From positions 1 to 52,313 of IMG/VR virus record IMGVR_UViG_3300028024_000013: a stretch of DNA of 52,313 bases. The stretch is one strand, 5' to 3'. How positions within the stretch are numbered: the first letter of the stretch is position 1; each line of letters starts with the position of its first letter. The DNA comes from a virus. Taxonomy: Duplodnaviria; Caudoviricetes. The position numbers and the translations under genes were made by a program. Shown piece by piece: positions 34,569 to 43,667 of this stretch. A model generated the notes under the pieces. That model saw only the letters and a program-made list of their open reading frames with translations. It was not told where the DNA came from and made no database searches.

Positions 34569-34960
34569 GCGAGCGCGATGCCCTCCGCGATCAGTTCGTC
34601 GCTGTAGGGCTGCGAGCCGTTCTCATGATGAATGATGGCCTTGACGAGTTCCGGGAGGATCGTGGTCAGCTGCACCGGGGTATCGGCACCGATGCCGCAG
34701 GATGCGCAGACTGCATCGACATACGCCTGCGAGTTGTTCTCGTTCGGTGGCGCCCAGCGATCGATCGCTTCACCGATGGTATCGATGCCCTGCCGCTCGT
34801 AGCTCGCCATGATGCGCGCGATGGCACGGATGCCGTACTTTGGATCGTCAAACTGAATGAATGATGGATCGAGTTGTGTTGCGGTCTGGCCGAGCCACGT
34901 TGTCCCCGGAACACGGCGGATGTTGCCCGGATTGTTATTGCGGATTCCGCGTGTGCTCAC
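34565..34960 (-). CDS. Putative endolysin (RNNNPGNI lysozyme-like family)
   Basis: RGIRNNNPGNIR...F.....GIRA...RWAPPNENN...AIIHHENG; located in the lysis cassette. Confidence 0.75.
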   Translation of the reverse strand: MSTRGIRNNNPGNIRRVPGTTWLGQTATQLDPSFIQFDDPKYGIRAIARIMASYERQGIDTIGEAIDRWAPPNENNSQAYVDAVCASCGIGADTPVQLTTILPELVKAIIHHENGSQPYSDELIAEGIALA

Positions 34961-35169
34961 CGTAATTCCTCTGGCCTTTCTTCCCGCGCACGTTCGAGTC
35001 CGATGGCCTGCCCGACCTTGTTCGCGAGTTCTTCGTTACGCTTGGCGAGGCTGTTGGTGTTCTTGTGAATCACCTTAAGCATGAAGCCGTTCCAGAGACT
35101 GGAGATCGCGGTGAGGATTACTCCGCAGGCGGTCAGGATCTGGGCAAGCTCTGCACCGCTTATTGTCAT
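34957..35169 (-). CDS. Single-TM membrane protein (holin/antiholin-like)
   Basis: ATG at 35169; ILTACGVILTAISSLW...IHKNTNS. Confidence 0.55.
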   Translation of the reverse strand: MTISGAELAQILTACGVILTAISSLWNGFMLKVIHKNTNSLAKRNEELANKVGQAIGLERAREERPEELR

Positions 35170-35360
35170 CGCCTGCGCGCCTTCAGAGTCCGCACGTCCT
35201 GCTCCAGATACTCCTGCGTGGCGACCGCCTTGCCGTACTCTTCCATGTGCCGCGCCCAACGATCCGCGCAGCGTCGCTCGTGAAGAAACAGCCACCCCGC
35301 GAGACTGATGATGACCAGATCATGGCCTGCGATGATGGCAAAGATGGCTGCTTCGCTCAT
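35166..35360 (-). CDS. Single-TM membrane protein
   Basis: 64 aa; hydrophobic N-terminus then HERRCADRW. Confidence 0.55.
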   Translation of the reverse strand: MSEAAIFAIIAGHDLVIISLAGWLFLHERRCADRWARHMEEYGKAVATQEYLEQDVRTLKARRR

Positions 35361-35383
35361 CCGCTAAGTGTATCTCAATCGGC

Positions 35384-35605
35384 TCAGGTTTCGTTCTCTG
35401 CGAGCAGGATCGCGCGGTCGATCATCGCCATCATGAAGATCCGTTCCAGCAGCGTGTAACTGATCGGATGCGCGCGCAAACGAAGTTCGTCGAGCTTCTC
35501 CAGTTCCGCTACGGTGTAGTGATCCCGCACGCCCGCATATTCAGGAAGCGTGGGATCGAAAATCTCCAGCAGCGAATCGCTCATGATGATGACTTTATGG
35601 CTCAC
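35384..35605 (-). CDS. Hypothetical protein
   Basis: 73 aa; AGGAG RBS. Confidence 0.5.
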   Translation of the reverse strand: MSHKVIIMSDSLLEIFDPTLPEYAGVRDHYTVAELEKLDELRLRAHPISYTLLERIFMMAMIDRAILLAENET

Positions 35606-35617
35606 GTCGAACTCCTG

Positions 35618-36022
35618 TTAGTGACAATCCACGTTCTTATGACCTGATACCCGGAGCGCCGCGCAGATGGATTTCACATCGTCCTCCGCCACGCGCGCTT
35701 TCACTTTCGCTTCATTAGCCTGAGCTACCGCATCTGCAACGCCGGCCCTGATCTTCGCATCAACGACCTGATCCTGAAGTCGCTGGGTATCTGCATCAGA
35801 CCGGCCGCGTTCCAGAACCATCCCGAGCGCGAGAGTTGCGACCATCAGGGCAATCACGCCGAAGTAAACGCCGAGACGATCATTGAGAGTGGCATTGCCG
35901 CCCTGCGCGATGGTGCCCTTGTTGTCGCTGATGGCGCCCGGTGAGTTCTCACGGCGGACTAGGTTGGGCACGGTATCGCTGTTGATCTCGGTCGGCTTCG
36001 AGTCGATTGATTCGTTGTTCAT
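35618..36022 (-). CDS. Membrane protein with coiled coil
   Basis: LGVYFGVIALMVATLALGMVL TM. Confidence 0.55.
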   Translation of the reverse strand: MNNESIDSKPTEINSDTVPNLVRRENSPGAISDNKGTIAQGGNATLNDRLGVYFGVIALMVATLALGMVLERGRSDADTQRLQDQVVDAKIRAGVADAVAQANEAKVKARVAEDDVKSICAALRVSGHKNVDCH

Positions 36023-36437
36023 GTGCGTTCATCCCCGTGGTGACTGTGGCCTTCAGGGCCGTGAATTCACCGTAGAGGGTAACGCTCGCGGCGACGACGA
36101 TCACGGCCAGCCCGCTCACGATGCCCAGAATCCAGTTGAGCAGGCGCTTCTCGCCGTTCCCCGGAGGACGGGAATCGCCATTGCTGTAAGCGATGCTCGG
36201 CCGATACCGGCGCGAGATGATCCGCTCCACGCGGTCCGCAATGTCATGGTCAGACTCTTCATAATCCTTGGGACCGTGATGGCTGACCATCCCGCGCAAT
36301 TTCGGGATTAGATCCTCGATGTCTTGTACGGCCCGTGCCAGCCGTCCATCGGCCCGGAACCAGTCTTTGACCCAGTCGATAAAGGATTGCTTCAGTTCCT
36401 GCTGCGACTCTTCAGCATCACCCGTAGTCGTCGTCAT
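35949..36437 (-). CDS. Membrane protein with C-terminal coiled coil
   Basis: WILGIVSGLAVIVVAASVTLY TM; HEQRINRLE. Confidence 0.6.
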   Translation of the reverse strand: MTTTTGDAEESQQELKQSFIDWVKDWFRADGRLARAVQDIEDLIPKLRGMVSHHGPKDYEESDHDIADRVERIISRRYRPSIAYSNGDSRPPGNGEKRLLNWILGIVSGLAVIVVAASVTLYGEFTALKATVTTGMNAHEQRINRLEADRDQQRYRAQPSPP

Positions 36438-36504
36438 CCCCTGTCCCTTATGTTATCTGCGGACTTCCGAGACCCCGTTACTTGACCGCGCTACTGCTGC
36501 GGCG

Positions 36505-36584
36505 TAGAAACGACGAAGCCGAGAGGTGCTGGTACACGCTCCCGGCTTCTAACCACAACCGCAATTGGAGTGCGAATCATGGCT
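36505..36584 (-). ncRNA. Candidate SymR-like antisense RNA
   Basis: Minus-strand promoter ATGACG-17-TAAGGT (36619-36591) inside the lipoprotein's first codons; terminator-like hairpin at 36515-36549; covers the RBS and ATG. Confidence 0.5.
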
Positions 36585-36794
36585 GTAAAAACCTTACCAC
36601 TGTCGATCCTGCTCGTCATGCTCACAGGCTGTGCGACCTGCGAGCGCCATCCCGTTGCGTGCTGGGCTGGCGGCATCATCCTCGTCGGCTCTATCGCCGC
36701 CTCGACCAATCATCGCGTGCAAGGGCCGAGTCTCCCGATCGGCGATCCGAACAAGCCCGCCTGTACGAAGCAGCCGGACAAAAGCTGCCGATGA
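36579..36794 (+). CDS. Small lipoprotein moron (possible superinfection exclusion)
   Basis: GGAG RBS, ATG at 36579; lipobox LTGC; opposite strand between tail and lysis genes. Confidence 0.7.
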   Translation: MAVKTLPLSILLVMLTGCATCERHPVACWAGGIILVGSIAASTNHRVQGPSLPIGDPNKPACTKQPDKSCR

Positions 36795-36800
36795 TCACCC

Positions 36801-38771
36801 CTAGCGGAAAATGAACTCCGCCTGAATGTCGATATCCGAGTAGGTCGCACTGTTGGGTCCGCCCGGAGAATCGACACCCCATTGCAGGGATATATCCGGC
36901 GACTCTCCGGCAACGTAGTCGAACTGCCACTGGATCGTCGGGTTGTTCTGGTTGCCGGAAGTTCCGGAGAGTATGGGCTTCTTGTCCGATGCGACCGTCG
37001 TCGTTCCGTTGTAATAGGTCAGGTAACTTCGCTGCGTGCCGGCGACATTCTGGGCATAGCCCTGAAACGTCGCGGTCACGATTAGCGTCGCGTTCTTCTT
37101 CTGCGCACCCGGATTGAACGTCCTGACAGTCTGACCCTGAATGCCGCCCGTACCACTGACGCTCACGGGACCGGCCGTGTAGTCGTGATCGACGAACGTC
37201 GCACCCGGCCAGTTAATGGCCGAGTCCGGCCCGTCACTCTGGAACACATCCGTATTGGACGTGCCGCTCGTGTAGTCGGCCGTCAGCAGATCCGTCCAGA
37301 CACCAGGATCGTCGCGCTGGCAGTTCAGGGTGATCCGGCCCGCATCCTGATCCAATTCCAGCGCCTTCTCCTTGCACTTGAAGATGCGGTTGGTCCAGCC
37401 GTAGCGGGTATGGCTGAACTGGATGTTCTCGTTCGGCGCGACCTTCATGAGGTTCAAGGCACCGACGAGCCGGACCGAACGCATCATGCGCCCTTTGCGC
37501 AGGTGAATCTCTGCGAGCCGCTGAGCCTGGTTCCGGTCGGTCACGCCATCCAGTTGCAGTTCGAACGGAATCCGCTCTCCACCGTCCTGCGTCTCGTAGG
37601 CGGAGTCCGTACGGTAGATGCCGGTCGTCTGGATGTACTGGCTGGCGGCATCGATGAAGATCGGCGCGACGGCGTTGTAGCGCGCGTCGTGGCCGATGGT
37701 GTCCTGCACTTCGAGCTCGCCGTACAGGTCCTGATCCGTCAGCGTGTGACCCGGCGTATCGTAGGCCCCGGCATAGATGCGCCACTTGCCATGCACAGGA
37801 ATTAATGACCCTGCCATGGAGGTAATGATCGCCTGAAATATATCGCGCCTCGGTTCCGCGCAACTGGCTTCAAGGTCACAGCGATAGCGGTTCTGGTCTC
37901 CGTCAGGAGTGGTATTGGCGCCAGTCAGGACTTCGTCACAGATGTTCGCCGCCGCCATCGTGTAGGCATCATCAACGCGCGAATCGAGGTCGTTCGGGCC
38001 GTAGCGCTTCAGGAGACTCGATGTGTCGTTATGGACCGAGCCGCCGGTCAGATACCACCGCACCATGAGGGCGGGATTGCGCGAGAACGACCACGTCGAG
38101 GGGTCGGTATACCGCTGCGATCCCGAGCCGCCATTCGTCGTATCTAGACGCGGGTCGTAGAGCTTCAGCCCGTCAACGAGTGCAGAGACACTCTGCGGCG
38201 GTCCGTCGGGAAACGTCGTGTCGTCGCGCTCGAACCGGATCACCGCATAGGTGATGCCGAGGAGCTTGTGGTTCGAGTCCCACGCCCCGAAAGCCCCCGA
38301 CATGTTCGTATCGACGGTCTGGCTGGACGTCCCGAGATGCTTCCAGATGTTGAGCTTCGAGTTCCAAGGACTTGCCGTGACGGTCCCGCCCCCGCCACTC
38401 GGAATGTCCGCACTCGCGATTCGGCGTTCGTCGATCCAGAAGTCAGAGAAAGCGTTCGACTGGTGTCCCGCGTAGGCGATGACGTACCAGAGATACTTGT
38501 TGTCCGTACCGCTCGTGCCGTAGAACACGAGCACGCCGCCCGCGCGACGGGTCCCGAAGATGAGCCGGCGGGGCTCGACCGTTCCACGGAGCGTGACATT
38601 GATCGGCGGCGGTGCCTGGCGCTTCGCGCCGCTGAAAGCGCTGATGGCAACATTGGCAAGGGTCGAGACTCCCGCAGCGAGAAATAGATTTCCCACCAAA
38701 GCCCATGGCGCAAAGTAGGCCACGACGAGTTCGGCGACACCGAGGATGACCTTCTTGAACTTCTTGCCCAC
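36801..38771 (-). CDS. Tail tip/hub (central fibre, gpJ-like) protein
   Basis: PRRLIFGTRRAGG, KLYDPRLD, WSFSRNPAL, AANICDE, QAQRLAEIHL. Confidence 0.85.
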   Translation of the reverse strand: MGKKFKKVILGVAELVVAYFAPWALVGNLFLAAGVSTLANVAISAFSGAKRQAPPPINVTLRGTVEPRRLIFGTRRAGGVLVFYGTSGTDNKYLWYVIAYAGHQSNAFSDFWIDERRIASADIPSGGGGTVTASPWNSKLNIWKHLGTSSQTVDTNMSGAFGAWDSNHKLLGITYAVIRFERDDTTFPDGPPQSVSALVDGLKLYDPRLDTTNGGSGSQRYTDPSTWSFSRNPALMVRWYLTGGSVHNDTSSLLKRYGPNDLDSRVDDAYTMAAANICDEVLTGANTTPDGDQNRYRCDLEASCAEPRRDIFQAIITSMAGSLIPVHGKWRIYAGAYDTPGHTLTDQDLYGELEVQDTIGHDARYNAVAPIFIDAASQYIQTTGIYRTDSAYETQDGGERIPFELQLDGVTDRNQAQRLAEIHLRKGRMMRSVRLVGALNLMKVAPNENIQFSHTRYGWTNRIFKCKEKALELDQDAGRITLNCQRDDPGVWTDLLTADYTSGTSNTDVFQSDGPDSAINWPGATFVDHDYTAGPVSVSGTGGIQGQTVRTFNPGAQKKNATLIVTATFQGYAQNVAGTQRSYLTYYNGTTTVASDKKPILSGTSGNQNNPTIQWQFDYVAGESPDISLQWGVDSPGGPNSATYSDIDIQAEFIFR

Positions 38772-39167
38772 TTACACCGTCCACGCGGCTGAACCTTCGA
38801 GTGTCCGAACCGTCTCCATGCCGCCGGGCGATACCGTCACGGTCTCGACGCCCAGACAGATCCCGGCCGAAGGTCCGTCCCCAAGGTCTGACAGCACGAT
38901 GTCACCGCGCATCGCCCGCGAGACGTGCTTCACCTCGCCGAACATCGTCGTCAGCATCGCGACAGCACCGCCCTGTGCTTCGAGAATGGCAATGCCTTCC
39001 TCAAGTGTCGTGTACGTGGGGAGCTGCGCGCGGTAGTCCGTCCCCGTCATGGCGAAGACACCACCGCCTGTGAGTTGCCAGCAGTCCCAGACGCCGTATT
39101 CGCGAGGACGGGTACGGTTCTCATCGAGGTAGGCGTTGAGCCGGCCCCACCAGTCATGCAGTCTCAT
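38772..39167 (-). CDS. NlpC/P60-like tail-associated protein (DUF6950-like)
   Basis: ATG at 39167; W.RL..YL...YGVWDC...AMTGTD...AMRGDIV...GICLG. Confidence 0.75.
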   Translation of the reverse strand: MRLHDWWGRLNAYLDENRTRPREYGVWDCWQLTGGGVFAMTGTDYRAQLPTYTTLEEGIAILEAQGGAVAMLTTMFGEVKHVSRAMRGDIVLSDLGDGPSAGICLGVETVTVSPGGMETVRTLEGSAAWTV

Positions 39168-39808
39168 TGACCGTAGTCGCCCTTGAAGCGCGGCTTGTAG
39201 GGTTCCGGATTCTTGCCCTGAACGGCCGCATCCACGAGCTTGCCGCCCCAGATCACTTTCTTGAGCGGGAGCTTGTTCACCTGATCGAGCCCGGTATCGC
39301 CCGCACTCGGAAAGAATTCCTGCTGATGCTCGTGCGTGTAGCGCCATTCGTCGGCTCGGTCGAGCAGGGCGAGCTTGTGTTCGGCACTCACTTCAATGAT
39401 GGGCGCTTCGCTGTCCACCCGTCTGAAGGAATCGACACGTCCTTCCCAGTTGATCTCGGGGTTCGCGATCAGTTGCAGCGTCTCAGGATTCAGGAAGCCG
39501 AGGTATTCGATGACACTCCGCCCGAACGACCCGTCGATATCGCTTTCATCGATGATGGCCGGATCGACATCGACGCTCGATAGCGTGTACTTCTTTCGCT
39601 GCGGGCCGAGCTCGACCGTCTCGGACTCGCTTTCGATCTTCACGAGGTTCCCCAGACCGAGGTAGGTCTGGCCGAGCAGCGTGATCTCACCGGCCCCGGT
39701 CCAGAAGCGGTAGTGACCGGACGGGAAATCGAAGTCGACCGCGAGGAACGGGAAATACTTGGCCTTCGACGCTTCCGCTGCGTTGCTGCTGTCCGCAAAC
39801 CAGGTCAT
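39164..39808 (-). CDS. Minor tail protein (hub N-terminal/gpL-like)
   Basis: RFWTGAGEI...YLGLG...RYTHEHQQ.FFP..D.G...V....WG. Confidence 0.75.
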   Translation of the reverse strand: MTWFADSSNAAEASKAKYFPFLAVDFDFPSGHYRFWTGAGEITLLGQTYLGLGNLVKIESESETVELGPQRKKYTLSSVDVDPAIIDESDIDGSFGRSVIEYLGFLNPETLQLIANPEINWEGRVDSFRRVDSEAPIIEVSAEHKLALLDRADEWRYTHEHQQEFFPSAGDTGLDQVNKLPLKKVIWGGKLVDAAVQGKNPEPYKPRFKGDYGQ

Positions 39809-40023
39809 GGCACAGGCTCGACGTGCTCAAGGATGTTGCCGTCCTGAAGCAGCACGTAACCGCATTTCGTCGGGTCGAGGTTCCGGTACGTGCTAAGCGC
39901 AAACGTGCGAGCAAGAAAACGATACCGAGATTGCTGGCGCGCGATGATCTCTTCTTCGCAGACCTTCCCATGCCATTTGGTGAGAGGTCCGCAGAAATAG
40001 ACCACCGCGTCATAGTCGCTCAT
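39805..40023 (-). CDS. Hypothetical protein
   Basis: 72 aa; ATGA overlaps on both sides. Confidence 0.5.
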   Translation of the reverse strand: MSDYDAVVYFCGPLTKWHGKVCEEEIIARQQSRYRFLARTFALSTYRNLDPTKCGYVLLQDGNILEHVEPVP

Positions 40024-41621
40024 GCTTCCTCGAACTCTGCGGAAGCCGTCGTCCAGACACCGGGGTCGTTGTCGAATCCCACAGCGTCACCCGAGAACAG
40101 GAACCGTCCCATGGGCTGATGGATGATCACGGGAGCCCCGTCGACCGGCGCGGTACGCAGCGGCGGCTCGAACTGAAGATATCCCATCCCTGCCGCATCG
40201 CTACTCAATCGTGCGGTGACAATCTTCAGCTCACTCCCGCGACCGGTGATGATCTCGACCTGATCGTCGATTTCCAGAAGGCCGTTCGTGCTCGCCGGAA
40301 GTCCCCGGAGATAGAGCGCGCTCCCGGTCTGCATCGATGAAACCGAGGCCGGTCCCTGGTTGTTCGCGGCAGTCGATGTCAGCCGGCGAGGACCTGAGGA
40401 GGCCGCAATGGTTGCGCGCCACGCGATAACCGCGCTCGTACCGTTCCCCGAATAGCTCGAGGTCGTGTCGGCGGTCGCCAGATAGATGCGGCAGGCGATG
40501 CTGGTCGAGGAACTGGTCTTACGTGCCGTGATGCTGCACTGATAGAACCCATTGCCGAGGTCTGTCACCGCGGTACGCAGATTCGCCCAGTTGGCGCCGG
40601 TCGTAGGTGTCCCCACCGCCCCCGTTGATACGTTGAAGTAGCAGTTCGCGCCGTTCGTGCCCTCGTGCATTTCCAGCACGGCCCAGTTACGGCCACTTGG
40701 CTTCAATGCCACTGTGAAACAGTAGTCCGCGGCGCCGCTTGCCACCGCAACACTCTGCACGACCAGATGAGTATTGCTCGCTGTCGAATCTTCGCGGATC
40801 GTATCGGCCGTGGCCGTACCATCCGGTGCCGTCTGTGAGTTCGGGACATCACAGCGCGTCTTCGTCCATGACGCGTTATCGAATTCATCCGAACGCAGCA
40901 GCAGATTGACCGCGTTGTCGACCAGTGCGCAGCGGGCCATCGAGGCGTACGCCACCTGAATGTAGTCGCCAGCAATAAAGGTGCTGCTGACCCGGTCGTT
41001 GAGCGACGGTCGGGCGGCGGTCGTCGCCGGGACTGTCACGGCCGTCATCATTCCGAAGGTGGAATTGACCGCCCCCACAACCGCATCGACGGTCTCATCG
41101 ACCGTGAACCCACTCGCGAATGCTCCACGGCCCTGCAGGACGAAGTAACGCATCACGTAGGGCGCGTACTGGACGACGGTGACGTTCGCCGATGGACGAA
41201 CGGCATACTGGTTCGAACTCACAGCAGTACGCGTCGCCCGAAGCAACCGGTCCGATGCCGTGAGCGCGTATTCCCCCGACGCCGCCCAGCCTGTCGTACC
41301 GTTCTCGAAAGTATTGTTGGCGAGCAGTTCCCCGGTCGGAAACGAGCCGCGACGCTGACGCGACTTGTCCTGCGCGAAGACAGGATTCTGCCGGCCGCGA
41401 AGGCTTGCAAGCCAGGCACGAAGCTGTGCTCTCTCTGCAAGTCCCGTCGTCGTGCGGCCACCGTGCTTCGTCATCTCAAGCGTCAAGGCGAGCCGGTCAC
41501 CGCCTCGTGCGGCGACAATCGTCTGCCCGCCGAACATGCCGCGAGAGATGCCCGACGAGTCGAGATAGCGAACGCTGGTCCGGGCATGCCGCAGGTTGAG
41601 CGGCATCATCACGTCGCTCAC
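40020..41621 (-). CDS. Distal tail (Dit)-like protein with inserted carbohydrate-binding modules
   Basis: Dit-like ends (WLASLRGR...FEPPLR...EFEEA) around ELLANNTFENGTTGW and NLLLRSDEFDNASW...APDGT domains; directly after the TMP. Confidence 0.65.
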   Translation of the reverse strand: MSDVMMPLNLRHARTSVRYLDSSGISRGMFGGQTIVAARGGDRLALTLEMTKHGGRTTTGLAERAQLRAWLASLRGRQNPVFAQDKSRQRRGSFPTGELLANNTFENGTTGWAASGEYALTASDRLLRATRTAVSSNQYAVRPSANVTVVQYAPYVMRYFVLQGRGAFASGFTVDETVDAVVGAVNSTFGMMTAVTVPATTAARPSLNDRVSSTFIAGDYIQVAYASMARCALVDNAVNLLLRSDEFDNASWTKTRCDVPNSQTAPDGTATADTIREDSTASNTHLVVQSVAVASGAADYCFTVALKPSGRNWAVLEMHEGTNGANCYFNVSTGAVGTPTTGANWANLRTAVTDLGNGFYQCSITARKTSSSTSIACRIYLATADTTSSYSGNGTSAVIAWRATIAASSGPRRLTSTAANNQGPASVSSMQTGSALYLRGLPASTNGLLEIDDQVEIITGRGSELKIVTARLSSDAAGMGYLQFEPPLRTAPVDGAPVIIHQPMGRFLFSGDAVGFDNDPGVWTTASAEFEEA

Positions 41622-43129
41622 CCTCGCCTCCGCTGACGGGAAAGCGTGTCGAGAATGTCAGCCTTCAGCGCTTCGTTATTCGCACGCTGGATCGCAGGCA
41701 ACTGCTGGATTAGGTCCTGCGTGGCGCCACGGTTGTCCATGTACTGATTGATGGTGATGCTGGGCGCACCACCGCCGTATCCCATGGCGAATGCGCCGGC
41801 ACCACCACCCCACACGGGCTCAGGTCCGTGTTCACCCGCGACGTACCACTTGCCACTCTGAAGTGGCCCACCCTCGGCCTTGTAGCCGCCGAAGCTGCCA
41901 CCGAGCACGCTCGCGATGGTCCCGATGATCCCGCCCGTCTTCGAGCCGTAATCGCTCAGCGACTTCATGATCGCGAGCGCAGCCTGAGCGGCCACGGCGT
42001 GACGGATCACGTCGATGATCCCGAGGGCGAGACCCTTCAGACCGCCACGGAACGGATCGAAGAAGAACTGCTCCCACGCGCTGTACATTCCGCGTGCGGC
42101 TTCCTTCATGATCTCCTGCATCGCCTTGATGTCATCGTCGACCGACTTGATGAAGGTCTTCTTCGCCTCGATGGCATTCAGGTCGATTTCCTCAAGATCC
42201 TTGATAGCGACTTGCTGGTCGAGGTACCGCTCCGTCTCGGTCAGAATGGCTTTCGTATTCTGTTCGTGGCCGACAATGCTGACCTTGAATGCGGCAATCT
42301 CCTGATTGAGATTGCGCATGTAGGCTTCGTGCCGGTCATCTTCCTGACGTTGCTGACGATCTGCCGCCGCAGACATCAACGCGTCGTAACTCGTGACCGG
42401 AGTCGCGCCATGACCCGGTGAGAACGCACTCGTCGTCGAGGCGCGCAACTGTTGCGCGACAAGCTCATCGCGTTTCTTTTGCAGATCGGCTTCGTTGCCG
42501 AAGCTGTCGTAGGTGCCCGGTGCCGTACGGAGGTCGTCACTGTAGACCGTTAGCCCACCCGGTCGTGACCGTACGCGATCGATCTGCGCATCGACTTCCT
42601 CGATCTGCTTCCCGATCGCGTCGATAACTTCCTGACGCGTCTTGGCGCTCTTGCGCGCCTCATCGCCAGTCTGCCCCTGCTTCTTCAGCTCACGGATGCC
42701 TGCAACGGTCTCCGCGACGACTTTCGCGGCCTTGGTAAAGCCTGAAATCAGCGCCGAGGTAATGGCATCCGCCGCAGATTTGACGCTCGGGTCCTTGAGA
42801 ATGTCGCGCAGCTCGTTCAGGTTCCTCGTGGCTTCCGGCAGGCCGGACTTTGCCGCCATCAGATCGCCGGCCGCAGTCTTTACTTCCTGAAGCGCCTTCG
42901 CGAAGCCCGATGCTCCCCCACTCGCACTCGCGGTGGCGTCCACGACCTTGCGAAACGCCTGCGTCAGCTGAACGCCGACGAATATTCCGAGCACGCTGTT
43001 GAGCGTCTTGACCGTGTTGCGTACGTCTCGGTCCATGTCCCTGAAGCCGCGCAGCACAGATCTGATCGCCGAGGCCGTCTTGTCGTCGGCGGCAATGACG
43101 TACCGGGCAGTAGCGGAAGGGGTTCCCAT
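41618..43129 (-). CDS. Tape measure protein (short, 503 aa)
   Basis: IAADDKT N-terminus; helical and Ala-rich; AEGGP...VAGEHGPE C-terminus; follows the tail chaperones. Confidence 0.85.
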   Translation of the reverse strand: MGTPSATARYVIAADDKTASAIRSVLRGFRDMDRDVRNTVKTLNSVLGIFVGVQLTQAFRKVVDATASASGGASGFAKALQEVKTAAGDLMAAKSGLPEATRNLNELRDILKDPSVKSAADAITSALISGFTKAAKVVAETVAGIRELKKQGQTGDEARKSAKTRQEVIDAIGKQIEEVDAQIDRVRSRPGGLTVYSDDLRTAPGTYDSFGNEADLQKKRDELVAQQLRASTTSAFSPGHGATPVTSYDALMSAAADRQQRQEDDRHEAYMRNLNQEIAAFKVSIVGHEQNTKAILTETERYLDQQVAIKDLEEIDLNAIEAKKTFIKSVDDDIKAMQEIMKEAARGMYSAWEQFFFDPFRGGLKGLALGIIDVIRHAVAAQAALAIMKSLSDYGSKTGGIIGTIASVLGGSFGGYKAEGGPLQSGKWYVAGEHGPEPVWGGGAGAFAMGYGGGAPSITINQYMDNRGATQDLIQQLPAIQRANNEALKADILDTLSRQRRRG

Positions 43130-43290
43130 CAGGACTCTTCGGTCGAACGACGCTGTTGATCAGCCATATGTTTCAGATAGACACACGCGTAGGTGAATTC
43201 GTCCTCACTCCAGTTGAGGACATCTCCCGGTCGGACGCCCCATTCATGCGACACGTGCAACAGCATGAAGGTCGAGGCGTCCGTGGTCAG
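43129..43290 (-). CDS. Tail assembly chaperone T region (-1 frameshift extension)
   Basis: After A AAA AAC the -1 frame reads LTTDASTFMLLHVSHEWGVRPGDVLNWSEDEFTYACVYLK...; its TGA overlaps the TMP ATG. Confidence 0.8.
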   Translation of the reverse strand: MTTDASTFMLLHVSHEWGVRPGDVLNWSEDEFTYACVYLKHMADQQRRSTEES

Positions 43291-43667
43291 TTTTTTGCGG
43301 CGTCCTCCGGAAGCGTGTACTGATCGCGCATCTCCGCAGAGATTCGCGAAATCACATCCGGGTCACACCCGAGCAGCGCTTCGAACTGGGATTCGTTGAA
43401 AAGCAGGTCCCCGCGCACATCGCGGGACCGCACGATGACTTCCATTGCTTCCCGGCCGTGCCGGTCCATGATCAGCCGTGTTTCTTCGCCATTGATCCTT
43501 GCGCCAGCCTGGGCTGCGATGTTGATCGAGCGACGCTCCCCGGCACTGAGATGCGGCCAGTAGAAGATCGACAAGTCCCACTCTGGGACTTTGATCTCGA
43601 CGAGCTGTTCGGGTGAGCGGAAGTTCGCGAAGTGCTGGCGGGCCTTGAGCAGCGCCGAATCGCTCAT
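43287..43667 (-). CDS. Tail assembly chaperone (gpG-like)
   Basis: IKVPEW...LSAGER...GDLLF...; ends AAKN on the slippery site A AAA AAC (43296-43290). Confidence 0.8.
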   Translation of the reverse strand: MSDSALLKARQHFANFRSPEQLVEIKVPEWDLSIFYWPHLSAGERRSINIAAQAGARINGEETRLIMDRHGREAMEVIVRSRDVRGDLLFNESQFEALLGCDPDVISRISAEMRDQYTLPEDAAKN

